DNA from: Candidatus Saccharibacteria bacterium RIFCSPHIGHO2_12_FULL_41_12
Lineage (GTDB): Bacteria; Patescibacteriota; Saccharimonadia; Saccharimonadales; 2-12-FULL-41-12
Direction of reading: 5' to 3'
DNA: 64,000 bases
Assembly: GCA_001790445.1 (NCBI GenBank)
Contig: MGCQ01000001.1
Span: forward strand, 187,157-251,156
A program made the translations under genes and the position numbers. The first letter of the stretch is position 1, and each line of letters opens with the position of its first letter. This document shows, in pieces, positions 36,382-45,511 of this stretch. Under the pieces are notes generated by a model. The model searched no databases. It saw only the letters and a list, made by a program, of their open reading frames with translations, and was not told the origin of the DNA.

Positions 36382-37585
36382 CGTTTAATAGTTTGTCAAT
36401 TTCTGGAGAATATTTGTTAAATGTGTCTGTCTTTTCAATCACACCGACTATATACATTGAGCCATTTCCGCTCATAATCAACTTCATTTTCATAGTACCA
36501 CGTACATCTCCGTCCTTGAACTCACAGCTAAACTTTACAGTAATTTCTATTCTTTTATTTTCTGGAGCAATAACTTCAGAGCTTACGTCTGGCTTATCCT
36601 TACACTCCGAATTAAGATCTTTTGTGAAAGATTGTGTCAGACTATCTTTTATGGTATTGAGAAACCCAGGTTGGGCAGATTCTGCTTGTTTTAAATCTTC
36701 CGGTGAAAACTTAAATGAAGAAGCAGCCGTAGCAACTGGTATAGCTACCATGACCCCTCCAGAATCAGCAATCCTGATACTATCAAGTCCACTTGTTTTG
36801 CTTTTAGAGGTATCCTTGTCGAACTTAATATTGGAGTAGACTGTGCCTTTCATTTCAGTATCACTTATGTCACTCTCCACTGTGTACTTTTTGGGGACAT
36901 CTATTGTTATTTTTTTGCCACTACTTTCAAATGTCTTTTGCGACACCTGGGTATAATCCGCGGGTGTTTTACCACTTATGCCCGCCATTACGCCGATAAA
37001 AAATATGATGCTCATGAAGGACGTAATAAGTCCTATTAACACGCTAATAATGCCCATAATTAACAGTGGTGGATTTTTGCCTTTTGCTTTAATGATAGAA
37101 ATTATACCCAGGACAAAACCAATAGGAGCAAAGATTACGGTTATAACCAAAACTAAACTAATAATACCCAAAACTGGGCTTTTACTTGTATCAGCTTGAT
37201 AATAATCAGGACCCTGCTGTCCAGACGCAAGGGGGCTACTTGGTGGAGTGGTGGGCTGACTCACTGTCGGTGGCGGTGGTGGCGGAGCTTGTTGTGTTGG
37301 CTGCTGTGGTGGGATCTGCTCTGGGGCGATGGCTTGAGGTTGGACAGAAGCATTTATCCCAGTGTTCAATGGATCCGGCTGAGAAGCCTCTGGTGATGGT
37401 GTATTTGTAGGTGTGACCACTGTCGGCGGTGTGTCAACTTGAACGCTGGGGATCGGCTGATTTTGTTCTATATTGGGTTGTGCGTCAATTTGGGGATTTG
37501 GAGATTGCTGATTTTGGCTGACCCCTGGCTGTACTGTTTCTCCTGGCTGATTAGCTCCGTTAACATTTTCATCTTGTGGGTTCAT
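36365..37585 (-). CDS. Hypothetical membrane protein with a Pro/Gln-rich N-terminal region
   Basis: 406 aa. About 130 aa of P/Q/T-rich low complexity is followed by two TM helices and a C-terminal globular domain. Confidence 0.5.
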   Translation of the reverse strand: MNPQDENVNGANQPGETVQPGVSQNQQSPNPQIDAQPNIEQNQPIPSVQVDTPPTVVTPTNTPSPEASQPDPLNTGINASVQPQAIAPEQIPPQQPTQQAPPPPPPTVSQPTTPPSSPLASGQQGPDYYQADTSKSPVLGIISLVLVITVIFAPIGFVLGIISIIKAKGKNPPLLIMGIISVLIGLITSFMSIIFFIGVMAGISGKTPADYTQVSQKTFESSGKKITIDVPKKYTVESDISDTEMKGTVYSNIKFDKDTSKSKTSGLDSIRIADSGGVMVAIPVATAASSFKFSPEDLKQAESAQPGFLNTIKDSLTQSFTKDLNSECKDKPDVSSEVIAPENKRIEITVKFSCEFKDGDVRGTMKMKLIMSGNGSMYIVGVIEKTDTFNKYSPEIDKLLNGAKLE

Positions 37586-37605
37586 TGTTGTACTCCTAAT
37601 TACTT

Positions 37606-38022
37606 TTACATATTGCGTATATTAGTAATTACACCCTCTGTGTTCATTATTACTAAGATAAAACTAACCACATTCATAATTATAACACCAGCTCTAGCGG
37701 ATGACTTGCCCCCACGTTTTACTATCAAATAGCTAATGACAATTGCACATAAACCACAAATTACTGCAATTAGAGAAAACAACATAACTATTATATGGGT
37801 TATTGTTTGTTGAGTGGCGTCATATCCAATAAAAGAGACAAAAATATACGACAGGGCAAAACCAATAAGTGGCAAGGCTATGCCTGCCACTACGCCCAAT
37901 GAAGCTACCGTTAGCGCGGAGTATTTCTTTTTTGGTTGAGTCGCCTCAGAATATAAGCCTGCGCCAACAGCGCCTACTGATGGCTGGGATGCAACGCTTT
38001 GTTGTTTATTGATATCTGGCAT
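37606..38022 (-). CDS. Hypothetical membrane protein
   Basis: 138 aa with about 4 TM helices. Confidence 0.45.
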   Translation of the reverse strand: MPDINKQQSVASQPSVGAVGAGLYSEATQPKKKYSALTVASLGVVAGIALPLIGFALSYIFVSFIGYDATQQTITHIIVMLFSLIAVICGLCAIVISYLIVKRGGKSSARAGVIIMNVVSFILVIMNTEGVITNIRNM

Positions 38023-38101
38023 TTGACATACTTTGTTTTCATTTTTATATTATTTACTTATTTCTCAGTTTATTTAAGATCAAACTGCTTGTCAATCTGT
38101 C

Positions 38102-38482
38102 CTAAGCAACGCCTAGGTGTTGTTTTATGGTATCAACAACGTCAGCGACTACAACTTGCGATTTGACCAAGTAATCATTTGCCCCCATTTGCATTGCCTT
38201 TGCTTTATCACTATCCTGACCGAGTGCAGTCAGCATAATAATTTTTACATCTGATGTTTCTGGTGTATTACGCAAAATGTCCAACACATCAAAACCACTA
38301 ACTTTGGGCATCATAATATCTACCAATATCAGGTCTGGTTTGTATTCGATAGCTTTAGCAAGAGCTTCTTCTCCGTTGGCGACACGTGCGATTTTAAAAC
38401 CTTCCGCTTCCAAACGCACCACATAAACATTCGCTAGATTGTCATCATCCTCGACTAAAAGTACCTTTTTATTTGAATTCAT
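38102..38482 (-). CDS. Single-domain response regulator (CheY-like)
   Basis: 126 aa with the canonical VEDDD acidic pocket, phospho-acceptor DLILVDIMMP, and conserved T and K. Confidence 0.85.
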   Translation of the reverse strand: MNSNKKVLLVEDDDNLANVYVVRLEAEGFKIARVANGEEALAKAIEYKPDLILVDIMMPKVSGFDVLDILRNTPETSDVKIIMLTALGQDSDKAKAMQMGANDYLVKSQVVVADVVDTIKQHLGVA

Positions 38483-38509
38483 GCCTCTTATGTTAATCTA
38501 TATCGCGGA

Positions 38510-40093
38510 TTATTTCAAGGCTTTAATAAAACCGACAAACAATGGGTGTGGTCTGACTGGGCGAGATTTAAATTCTGGGTGAAACTGTGATGCCACATAA
38601 AAGGGGTGGTCTTTACCTTCTATAACCTCGACTAGATTACGCTGCAAATTGCGCCCAACTACGTTGATACCAGATTGTTCTAACACATCCATATAATCAT
38701 TGTTGCACTCATATCTGTGCCGATGTCTCTCGACAATATTTTCGACTTTGTATAGTTCGTAAACCTTCGATGATTTATCAAGTTTGCAGTCATAATTACC
38801 GAGACGCATAGTCCCGCCAGTATTTTCTTTACCGAGCTGATCAGGCATCGTATAAATAACTGGATTTTTAGTATCCGGATCAAATTCTACAGAATTAACG
38901 TCTTTTGTGACAAGTTGACGCCGTACCGCTGCAATAATAGCCACCTGAAGACCTAAGCATAACCCCAAATATGGTATATTTGCCCGAAAAGCATAATCTG
39001 CAGCAAAAATCTTGCCTTCTGCTCCTCTTTGCCCAAAACCACCTGGCACCAAAATACCATCATAATTTTTTAATTGATCTTCAGAATTTAACTTTTCGGA
39101 ATCAATCCAATCAACCTCCAGATCAATGTTATGCCACAACGCTGCAGCGCGAAGCGCCTCAAATACAGATATATATGTATCCTGATTATCTAAATATTTT
39201 GCAACGAAGGCAATGCTCCGTTTTGTACGGTTTTTGGTCAAAGCAAGATCTACCATCTTATGCCATTCTTTGTTTTCCGGTTTTTTGACTTTTAGACCAA
39301 GTCTATTGACAATGTAATCGCCAATTTTTGAGTCTTCCAAAGTTAGCGGGACTTGATAAATGCTCTTTGCGGTTGGCAGTACGACAATGGCTTCTTCTGG
39401 AACACCGCTAAACATACTCGTTTTAGTAACAATATCACGCCCTGGTTGACTCTCACATCTAATTGCCAAAATATCAGGCATAATACCAACTGCACGAAGG
39501 TCTCTAACGGCGTTTTGCGCTGGTTTAGTCTTGAATTCCCCAGAAGCTCCCAAATACGGCGCATAAACAACATGGACAAACAACGCACTGTCATGTCCTT
39601 GCTTGAACCCCAGTTCCCTTATCGCTTCGATAAACGCCGGACTTTCAAAATCTCCGACAGTTCCACCAATTTCTACAATATGCACATCCGAATTTTTACC
39701 AGCCTCTACAATTTTTTTCTGAATCAAATCTGTTAAGTGTGGAATTACTTGAACAGTTTTGCCCAAATAATCCCCGCCTCTTTCTTGTTCTATGAGCTCT
39801 TTAAGAACGCGACCACTCATTAAACTACTTTTTTGAGACATTTCCTCATCTAGAAATCTCTCATAATGCCCGAGGTCAAGATCTGTTTCTGCACCATCTG
39901 CTGTGACAAAACACTCGCCATGTTCTGCCGGATTGAGTGTACCTGCATCAAAATTGAGGTACGGGTCACATTTTTGAATACTAACTTTGAGCCCACGACT
40001 TTTTAGGATGTTTCCGATAGATGCGGCAGTGATGCCTTTGCCAAGCCCAGATAGTACGCCTCCTGAAACAAAAATAAACTTAGTCATAGCCAT
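38510..40093 (-). CDS. pyrG: CTP synthase
   Basis: 527 aa with GGVLSGLGKG and the GATase nucleophile GLCLGLQ. The real start may be the second ATG at 40087 (MTKFIFVSGG). Confidence 0.95.
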   Translation of the reverse strand: MAMTKFIFVSGGVLSGLGKGITAASIGNILKSRGLKVSIQKCDPYLNFDAGTLNPAEHGECFVTADGAETDLDLGHYERFLDEEMSQKSSLMSGRVLKELIEQERGGDYLGKTVQVIPHLTDLIQKKIVEAGKNSDVHIVEIGGTVGDFESPAFIEAIRELGFKQGHDSALFVHVVYAPYLGASGEFKTKPAQNAVRDLRAVGIMPDILAIRCESQPGRDIVTKTSMFSGVPEEAIVVLPTAKSIYQVPLTLEDSKIGDYIVNRLGLKVKKPENKEWHKMVDLALTKNRTKRSIAFVAKYLDNQDTYISVFEALRAAALWHNIDLEVDWIDSEKLNSEDQLKNYDGILVPGGFGQRGAEGKIFAADYAFRANIPYLGLCLGLQVAIIAAVRRQLVTKDVNSVEFDPDTKNPVIYTMPDQLGKENTGGTMRLGNYDCKLDKSSKVYELYKVENIVERHRHRYECNNDYMDVLEQSGINVVGRNLQRNLVEVIEGKDHPFYVASQFHPEFKSRPVRPHPLFVGFIKALK

Positions 40094-40096
40094 GAC

Positions 40097-40261
40097 CTAC
40101 ACACCACACCTTTCTGCCGACCAGCGAAGCTGCCCACTCCAAAGGTGTTCTTGGCGTAGAATCAATTTTTTATTTGTGATACTCACTCCGCCGTACCAAA
40201 TGTACGACTTGTTCCGTTTCTCAATAATAAAATTGATTCTACGTCCAAGTGTGTTGGTCAT
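40097..40261 (-). CDS. Small ORF (54 aa) inside family-2 structured element, stop 3 nt before the pyrG ATG
   Basis: Manual translation gives MTNTLGRRINFIIEKRNKSYIWYGGVSITNKKLILRQEHLWSGQLRWSAERCGV. It is a paralogue of the ORF at 50000-50173, sharing EK.NK.Y..YGGV...QE.LW...AERC. It is below the track's 60-aa cutoff, and its coding status is uncertain. Confidence 0.4.
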   Translation of the reverse strand: MTNTLGRRINFIIEKRNKSYIWYGGVSITNKKLILRQEHLWSGQLRWSAERCGV

Positions 40262-40358
40262 GCTTATAAATATCCCATTTTATCTATATATTCTACATCA
40301 ATTAACTATAAATATCCAATAATAACTTCCACGAACTACTGAAAGTAACTGACAGTGT

Positions 40359-41567
40359 TTATTGTCTCAACTTGGTGATCGCGGCGTCTTTTTGGGGGTC
40401 TTTGTTGTTCTTATAGTCATCGTCGGTGATTTTTATTTCTTGATCTGGCTTAATGCCTTGTTTATCTATGTTCTTGCCATTTGGGGTAAACCACCTGGCA
40501 ATTGTGACTTTAAGAGATGCACCTCCCGCCAAATTGACTACCTGCTGGACACTTCCTTTGCCGTATGACTTTTCGCCGATGAGCGTTGCGAATTTATGGT
40601 CGCTCAAAGCCCCTGCAATTATTTCGCTGGCACTAGCACTACCACTGTTAATTAATACGACAGTGGGAACGCCTTTGAGAATATTATCGCCAGATGCATT
40701 AAGCTTTCTGATTGATTTGCCACCACGTTTTTCCTCTACCACGAGCTGATTTTGGTCCAACCACAAGCTGGTAAGATCAACAGAAGCATCGAGTAGCCCA
40801 CCGGGGTCATTGCGCAAATCAAGAACAATACCTTTGACATTTTTAGTTTTGAAATCAACTGCAGCTGCTCGGGTCAAACGTGCTGTATCATCGCCAAACC
40901 TTGACACCTTAATTACCCCCACTCCGTCAATAATTTCGCTTGTTACGCTTGGCAAGGTTATTTGTTCTCTGGTTACTTCAAAATCAAGTGGCTTGCCATC
41001 TCTAACTATTTTTAGTTTGACCTTTGTGCCCTTTGGTCCACGTATCTTTTTGACTGCTTGCGAAACAGATATATCGTAGGCCGTCTCACCATTTATTTCT
41101 GCAACTACATCTTTTGCCCGAATGCCGGCTTTGTCGGCGGGATATCCTGAAATTGGAGACACGACTTCTACGTATTTGTCGTTTTTGCTGAGTTCTGCAC
41201 CAATCCCTTCAAAACTTCCAGAAAGCTCATCGCTAAACTCTTTGCTTTCGTCAGCTGTAAAATACTCTGTATATGGATCGCCTGCGGATCGTACCAATCC
41301 CTCTTTGAGACCATCATTCAACTTCTGCTGGTCTAGCTGCCCATCAAAGTTATTCTTTAACTGATCATATACTTGATCTACGTCTGAATAATTAAGTTTT
41401 GCATTTTGGGTTTGCAGACTTTTTTGGTACACCCTATCAGGAGTAAATTTGTAGCTATATTTGCCAAAATATGCCCCGAGCAGAAATATAAAAGAAATGA
41501 TCGCGATATTACGAACAAAGCTTGGCCACTTTCGCTTTTTTGGAATTTTTATATTGTCTTCTTCCAC
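40359..41567 (-). CDS. ctpA: S41 carboxyl-terminal processing protease
   Basis: 402 aa with an N-terminal TM, a PDZ region and the catalytic Ser motif GSASASEI. GTG start has the SD AAGGGGGA. Confidence 0.85.
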   Translation of the reverse strand: MEEDNIKIPKKRKWPSFVRNIAIISFIFLLGAYFGKYSYKFTPDRVYQKSLQTQNAKLNYSDVDQVYDQLKNNFDGQLDQQKLNDGLKEGLVRSAGDPYTEYFTADESKEFSDELSGSFEGIGAELSKNDKYVEVVSPISGYPADKAGIRAKDVVAEINGETAYDISVSQAVKKIRGPKGTKVKLKIVRDGKPLDFEVTREQITLPSVTSEIIDGVGVIKVSRFGDDTARLTRAAAVDFKTKNVKGIVLDLRNDPGGLLDASVDLTSLWLDQNQLVVEEKRGGKSIRKLNASGDNILKGVPTVVLINSGSASASEIIAGALSDHKFATLIGEKSYGKGSVQQVVNLAGGASLKVTIARWFTPNGKNIDKQGIKPDQEIKITDDDYKNNKDPQKDAAITKLRQ

Positions 41568-41594
41568 CTGTTTCCCCCTTTGATCTATTCATAC

Positions 41595-41623
41595 ATTCTA
41601 GCTTTTTATGTAGTTAATGTCGA
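41595..41623 (-). promoter_or_regulatory. Sigma70-type promoter for the S41 protease gene
   Basis: Minus strand reads TCGACA, then a 17-nt spacer, then TAGAAT, about 28 nt upstream of the GTG start. Confidence 0.45.
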
Positions 41624-41650
41624 TAGACAGATGCGTATTTTAAGCAAAAT

Positions 41651-41823
41651 CTAAGGAGGAAGAGACCTTCCCAAGGTTTTCCCTCCGCCAATTCCCTAAT
41701 TGATAATACACACATCAATCATTACTTGCTCATTATTGATGTGTGCCCATGGAAAGGGAGGATCCCGAAGCTTTAGCTGAGGCTAAGGAGGCGAAAAACC
41801 TCTCTGGGTTTTCCCTCCTTAAG
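41651..41823 (-). repeat. Family-3 3'-flank structured element, copy F (downstream of the CHAP hydrolase gene)
   Basis: Three parts are present. The SD/anti-SD-like hairpin spans 41783-41823. The conserved ccatggaaagggaggatc occupies 41747-41764 on the plus strand. The hairpin 41709-41719 / 41735-41745 and a third hairpin at 41651-41687 complete the element. Confidence 0.65.
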
Positions 41824-41825
41824 GC

Positions 41826-42935
41826 TTAGAAGTGGATGAAGGCAAGCCCAGCAGGGCTAATATTATAACCTTCGGAATATGTTCCGTTATATGAGTAGTT
41901 ATAATCACTAACATTAATCGTGCCGTTAGGGTTAACACTTTCGACGTACATAGAGTGACCATAATAGCCAACATTCATAATTGCAATATCACCTGCACGT
42001 GGGGAACCATCTACGGGGATTCCTTCAGCGCGAGCGTTATCATCCCATTGGTTAGCATTGCCCCGTCCACCCCAATACGGCATATAGCCTCGAGTTTCAT
42101 AGACTTTCCAGGCGGTGTAACTAACACATTCACGGTTATACATACCCCAACTGTCCAACATAGAGTCTTGAGGAGAATTCCGCCAAATATTCGGATAGGT
42201 ATCACGACCATTTGATCCGGCAACAACTCTTGAGCCATTACCTTGAAAGAATTTGGCGTTTTCTGCAGCTTGCTGTGAGCGAAGCTGAGAGGCCTTTGCG
42301 CTATTGTCTTTGATCTGGGCATTTAGCGCGTCTTGCTGACCTTGGTTTAGCCCTAACAAACGATCATTTTCTGCGCGTTGAGCGACTATCTGATTTTGTA
42401 GAATTTGCTGTTCTGCAATAATTTTCTCTGTAGTTGCTTTTTGCGTGCTAAGATCTAGTTTAAGCTGTTGCACGCGATCAAGTGTGGCTTTTACTTTGTT
42501 CTGAACGCTTTCTTTATATTGCTGCTTGTCAAAGAATTCGCTTAAGTCTTTTGATGATGCCAACATCTCTAGCGTACTAACGTCCCCATCCAAATACATA
42601 CTTTTAATTATTCCGCCAAGTATAGTGCGCTGTTTGGCTAATTCTACCTCTGCTTTTGCTATCTCAATCTTTAGCTCTTCGATCTTTTTGCGATTGGCAT
42701 CAATTTTATTTTGCATAGCGTTAATATCGGCTTGGAGTTTCGATATAGTGTCTGCTAAAGAAGTGGCTTCCGCACCAAGTTGAGAATTCTGAGTTTGTTT
42801 GACAGAGGTGTCTTGGTTCAAAGCTCTAATCTGATCATCAAATCTATCCGCCCGCACCATTGGCACTATCAAAACAGCCACTACAAAACCCGTTACGGTA
42901 GTGGTATAAAGTGCTGTTTTGAGTTGTCTTCTCAT
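41826..42935 (-). CDS. Secreted coiled-coil plus CHAP-domain peptidoglycan hydrolase (PcsB-like)
   Basis: 369 aa with a signal/TM, about 200 aa of coiled coil, and a C-terminal CHAP domain with Cys (NRECVSYTAW) and His (YGHSMYVESV). Lies downstream of ftsEX. Confidence 0.8.
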   Translation of the reverse strand: MRRQLKTALYTTTVTGFVVAVLIVPMVRADRFDDQIRALNQDTSVKQTQNSQLGAEATSLADTISKLQADINAMQNKIDANRKKIEELKIEIAKAEVELAKQRTILGGIIKSMYLDGDVSTLEMLASSKDLSEFFDKQQYKESVQNKVKATLDRVQQLKLDLSTQKATTEKIIAEQQILQNQIVAQRAENDRLLGLNQGQQDALNAQIKDNSAKASQLRSQQAAENAKFFQGNGSRVVAGSNGRDTYPNIWRNSPQDSMLDSWGMYNRECVSYTAWKVYETRGYMPYWGGRGNANQWDDNARAEGIPVDGSPRAGDIAIMNVGYYGHSMYVESVNPNGTINVSDYNYSYNGTYSEGYNISPAGLAFIHF

Positions 42936-42989
42936 TAATTAACCTTGTCTATTGATGATATTGTTTTATTTTTGTTATCCAGTTGTTTT

Positions 42990-43018
42990 ATTCTAACAAA
43001 AAACGTAAGCTTTTTCAA
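42990..43018 (-). promoter_or_regulatory. Sigma70-type promoter for the CHAP hydrolase gene
   Basis: Minus strand reads TTGAAA (43018-43013), then a 17-nt spacer, then TAGAAT (42995-42990), about 55 nt upstream of the ATG. Confidence 0.45.
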
Positions 43019-43125
43019 GTGATAAATCCTCAAATTGCAAGATATTTGACAAAGTCTATGTTGTGCGGCTAAAACACTTCACATTTAATGCGATACGGCT
43101 CAGGTGGGTATAGTACGATCTAACA

Positions 43126-43600
43126 GCATTGCGATAAAACCTTACACGCTTTTTATCACCTTACTTTTTCTCAGTAGCAAGAAAAAGTAAGCAAAAAGTG
43201 CCACCCTTAGCTAAAAACAATCCATGAACTATTCAAACAACCTCTTAGCAGGCTTGCAGGCAAGCCATCTCTTGTTCCATTTTTGTGTCGACAAAAACGG
43301 AACCCAAAAAACGACAGGCTATGAACAGACTTGATGAGACTACCAGTCGATAGTTACAACAGCCTGCGGAACTCAGCCAGTAAACTGGCTTCAAACAGTC
43401 CTCGCCTTAGTAGTTGTAACATCGACGTAGTCTCTCGGGTCTGGTTCATGGCCTGAGAAGGCTTCCCTAGTATATTTCCTTAGGAAATATTATTAATCAT
43501 GACTTTAGACTGCTATTGGTCAGGCTGTTGTTTGTTTGTATACTTTCTTGTCAACACAAGAAAGTATGGTGATTAAATCCTTGAGCTTTAAGTGCAATGG
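43126..43600 (+). repeat. Family-1 composite structured intergenic element, copy D (both hairpin ends present, most divergent core)
   Basis: Modules present: left end with HP2 43160-43191; GC hairpin 43251-43266; core arms 43346-43360 / 43413-43426; apical hairpin 43375-43390; HP1 43540-43567; right end to 43600. Confidence 0.8.
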
Positions 43601-43624
43601 AAATTAAAAGCTGTATTTTATTTC

Positions 43625-44620
43625 TTATAATGTTTGTTGGCGACGTCGCCAGAGAACGTGGGATTTCTTCTGAGAAAATCGCAAAAATCGCTTTGTAGCG
43701 ATCAATGCAGAAACTGCCCCGATAAAAATACCCAGTAGGAATTGCATGCCCAAAAATATATAGAAATGATCTATAAAGTATTGATTGGCATAAGTTAGAT
43801 CAAGAAGACCTAAGCTGCTGGAGTTAAAAGCTTGATCTTGGATTAAAAACAAAGAATTACAGATAATTATAGACAGTATGGCTGATACAATTCCGTAAAA
43901 CATTGTTTCTACAATAAACGGTCCACGTATGAACCAAGTGCTGGCACCAAGAAGTCTCATGATCCGAAGTTCATCCCGCCGGTTAAAAATAGCCATCTGG
44001 ATAGTGTTAAAAATAATCAACATCGATATGACAGTAAAGACAATTACTGACACCAACACGGCTTTTTTGAAGAAGCTGGTGGCATTTGATATTTTGTCTA
44101 TGGCCTCTTTACGATCACCAGAGTAAGACGTTTCATCTGATTGAAGTGCCTTTATATCTGGGGTTTCGAGTATCGCTTTAATCTCTTCGTTGCGGGTCGG
44201 ATCTTTTGGCTTAACCTGGATAGTTGCCGGCAGAGGATTATCTGTCTGGGACACAGCCTGCAGTAGCTCAAGATTATCTTTGTTATCTGCGCGATACTGA
44301 ATTAAAGCATCTGATTTGGAAACATATTTGACACTTTTTACGTTATCAAGTCCCTGTAACTTATTAATCAATGCGTCTTTTTTATCTGGTGAGACATTGT
44401 CCTTTAGATATACAGAGACGACAATCTTATTGTTGATTTCCTCAATTGAATGGTTAAATGTCGCATTGGCTATAACAAAAAACAGAACAATGGTCAGTGT
44501 GACAACCATCACCGCAGTAGCTGCAACACTTAGAGAAATATTCCTAAAAAAGTTAACAAATCCGGTCTTAAAAATTCTTCCTAGAGTTGTTGATCTTCTG
44601 CCTCGTGTCTGCTTACCCAT
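43625..44620 (-). CDS. ftsX: Cell division permease FtsX
   Basis: 331 aa with TM1, a large extracytoplasmic loop and three C-terminal TM helices. Lies immediately downstream of ftsE. Confidence 0.85.
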   Translation of the reverse strand: MGKQTRGRRSTTLGRIFKTGFVNFFRNISLSVAATAVMVVTLTIVLFFVIANATFNHSIEEINNKIVVSVYLKDNVSPDKKDALINKLQGLDNVKSVKYVSKSDALIQYRADNKDNLELLQAVSQTDNPLPATIQVKPKDPTRNEEIKAILETPDIKALQSDETSYSGDRKEAIDKISNATSFFKKAVLVSVIVFTVISMLIIFNTIQMAIFNRRDELRIMRLLGASTWFIRGPFIVETMFYGIVSAILSIIICNSLFLIQDQAFNSSSLGLLDLTYANQYFIDHFYIFLGMQFLLGIFIGAVSALIATKRFLRFSQKKSHVLWRRRQQTL

Positions 44621-44625
44621 AAAAC

Positions 44626-45312
44626 CTAAACCTCGTATGATGCGTTAGCCTTGTCACTAACGATTTTACCGTCGCTTATTGTTATAACTCTTCTTCTAAG
44701 CTTGTTAACTATGTCTTGGTTGTGTGTGGTGAGTAGCACTGTTGTGCCAAATTTGTTGATTCTCTCAAGCACCCGAATAACGTCCCATGCATGCTTGGGA
44801 TCAAGGTTACCGGTCGGCTCATCAGCAATTAAAATTTTTGGCTGCCTCACGATAGCACGAGCAATGGCTACTCTCTGCCTCTCACCCCCGGAAAGCTCAC
44901 GCGGGTATCTGGATTCTTTTGATTTGAGCCCAACAATCGATAGAACTTTAGGTACAGTGTGTTTAATTTCGCGGTTGCTAACTCCTACTATTTCAAGGGC
45001 AAAAGCCACATTCTCAAAAACCGTCTTGTTGGGTAAAAGTTTGAAATCCTGAAAAACCACCCCGATCTTACGGCGAAGATTTGGTATGTCTTTGTCTTTG
45101 AGGTTTTCATAATCAATTCCGCCAACAATAATTTTGCCGCTGGTTGGCTTTTCTTCGCGTGTTAAAAGTTTAAACAATGTTGATTTGCCTGCACCGCTCT
45201 GCCCTACAACTATCACGAATTCTTTGGGCTCAACATGCAAACTAACCCGAGAAATCGCTGCGTCTTCAGAGTCTTTGCCATATACCTTTGAAACCCTATC
45301 GAGCAATATCAT
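44626..45312 (-). CDS. ftsE: Cell division ATP-binding protein FtsE
   Basis: Walker A GQSGAGKST, signature LSGGERQRV and Walker B ILIADEPTG. ATG 45312 (MILLDRVSKVYG) is preferred over track start 45378. Confidence 0.9.
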   Translation of the reverse strand: MILLDRVSKVYGKDSEDAAISRVSLHVEPKEFVIVVGQSGAGKSTLFKLLTREEKPTSGKIIVGGIDYENLKDKDIPNLRRKIGVVFQDFKLLPNKTVFENVAFALEIVGVSNREIKHTVPKVLSIVGLKSKESRYPRELSGGERQRVAIARAIVRQPKILIADEPTGNLDPKHAWDVIRVLERINKFGTTVLLTTHNQDIVNKLRRRVITISDGKIVSDKANASYEV

Positions 45313-45318
45313 TGTATT

Positions 45319-45324
45319 ATTATA
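45319..45324 (-). promoter_or_regulatory. Extended -10 (TGC-TATAAT) 6 nt upstream of the ftsE ATG (leaderless-type)
   Basis: Minus strand reads TTTGCTATAAT-AATACA-ATG. Confidence 0.4.
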
Positions 45325-45511
45325 GCAAACTTTGGATACTCGTCTGGTTTTTGCTAATATGAGTAAGAAAGGGACCACTAAGCTTGCTGTTATATGTGCT
45401 TGCTAGCCATGACATGATGATTTTTGAGGTAAAAATTTATAATAAATTCAGAAGCATATCTAAAGATACTTTGAGGAATTTTTATATATTTTTAACCAAA
45501 AAGGACGTGGC

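Noticed and set aside
37190-37560. A GC-rich, repetitive-looking stretch (ggtggcggtggtggcgg...) could be a tandem repeat or foreign insert.
   Set aside because: It lies inside the 36365-37585 ORF and encodes its Pro/Gln/Thr-rich low-complexity N-terminal region on the minus strand. The plus-strand ORFs there (37186-37410, 37196-37396) are shadows.
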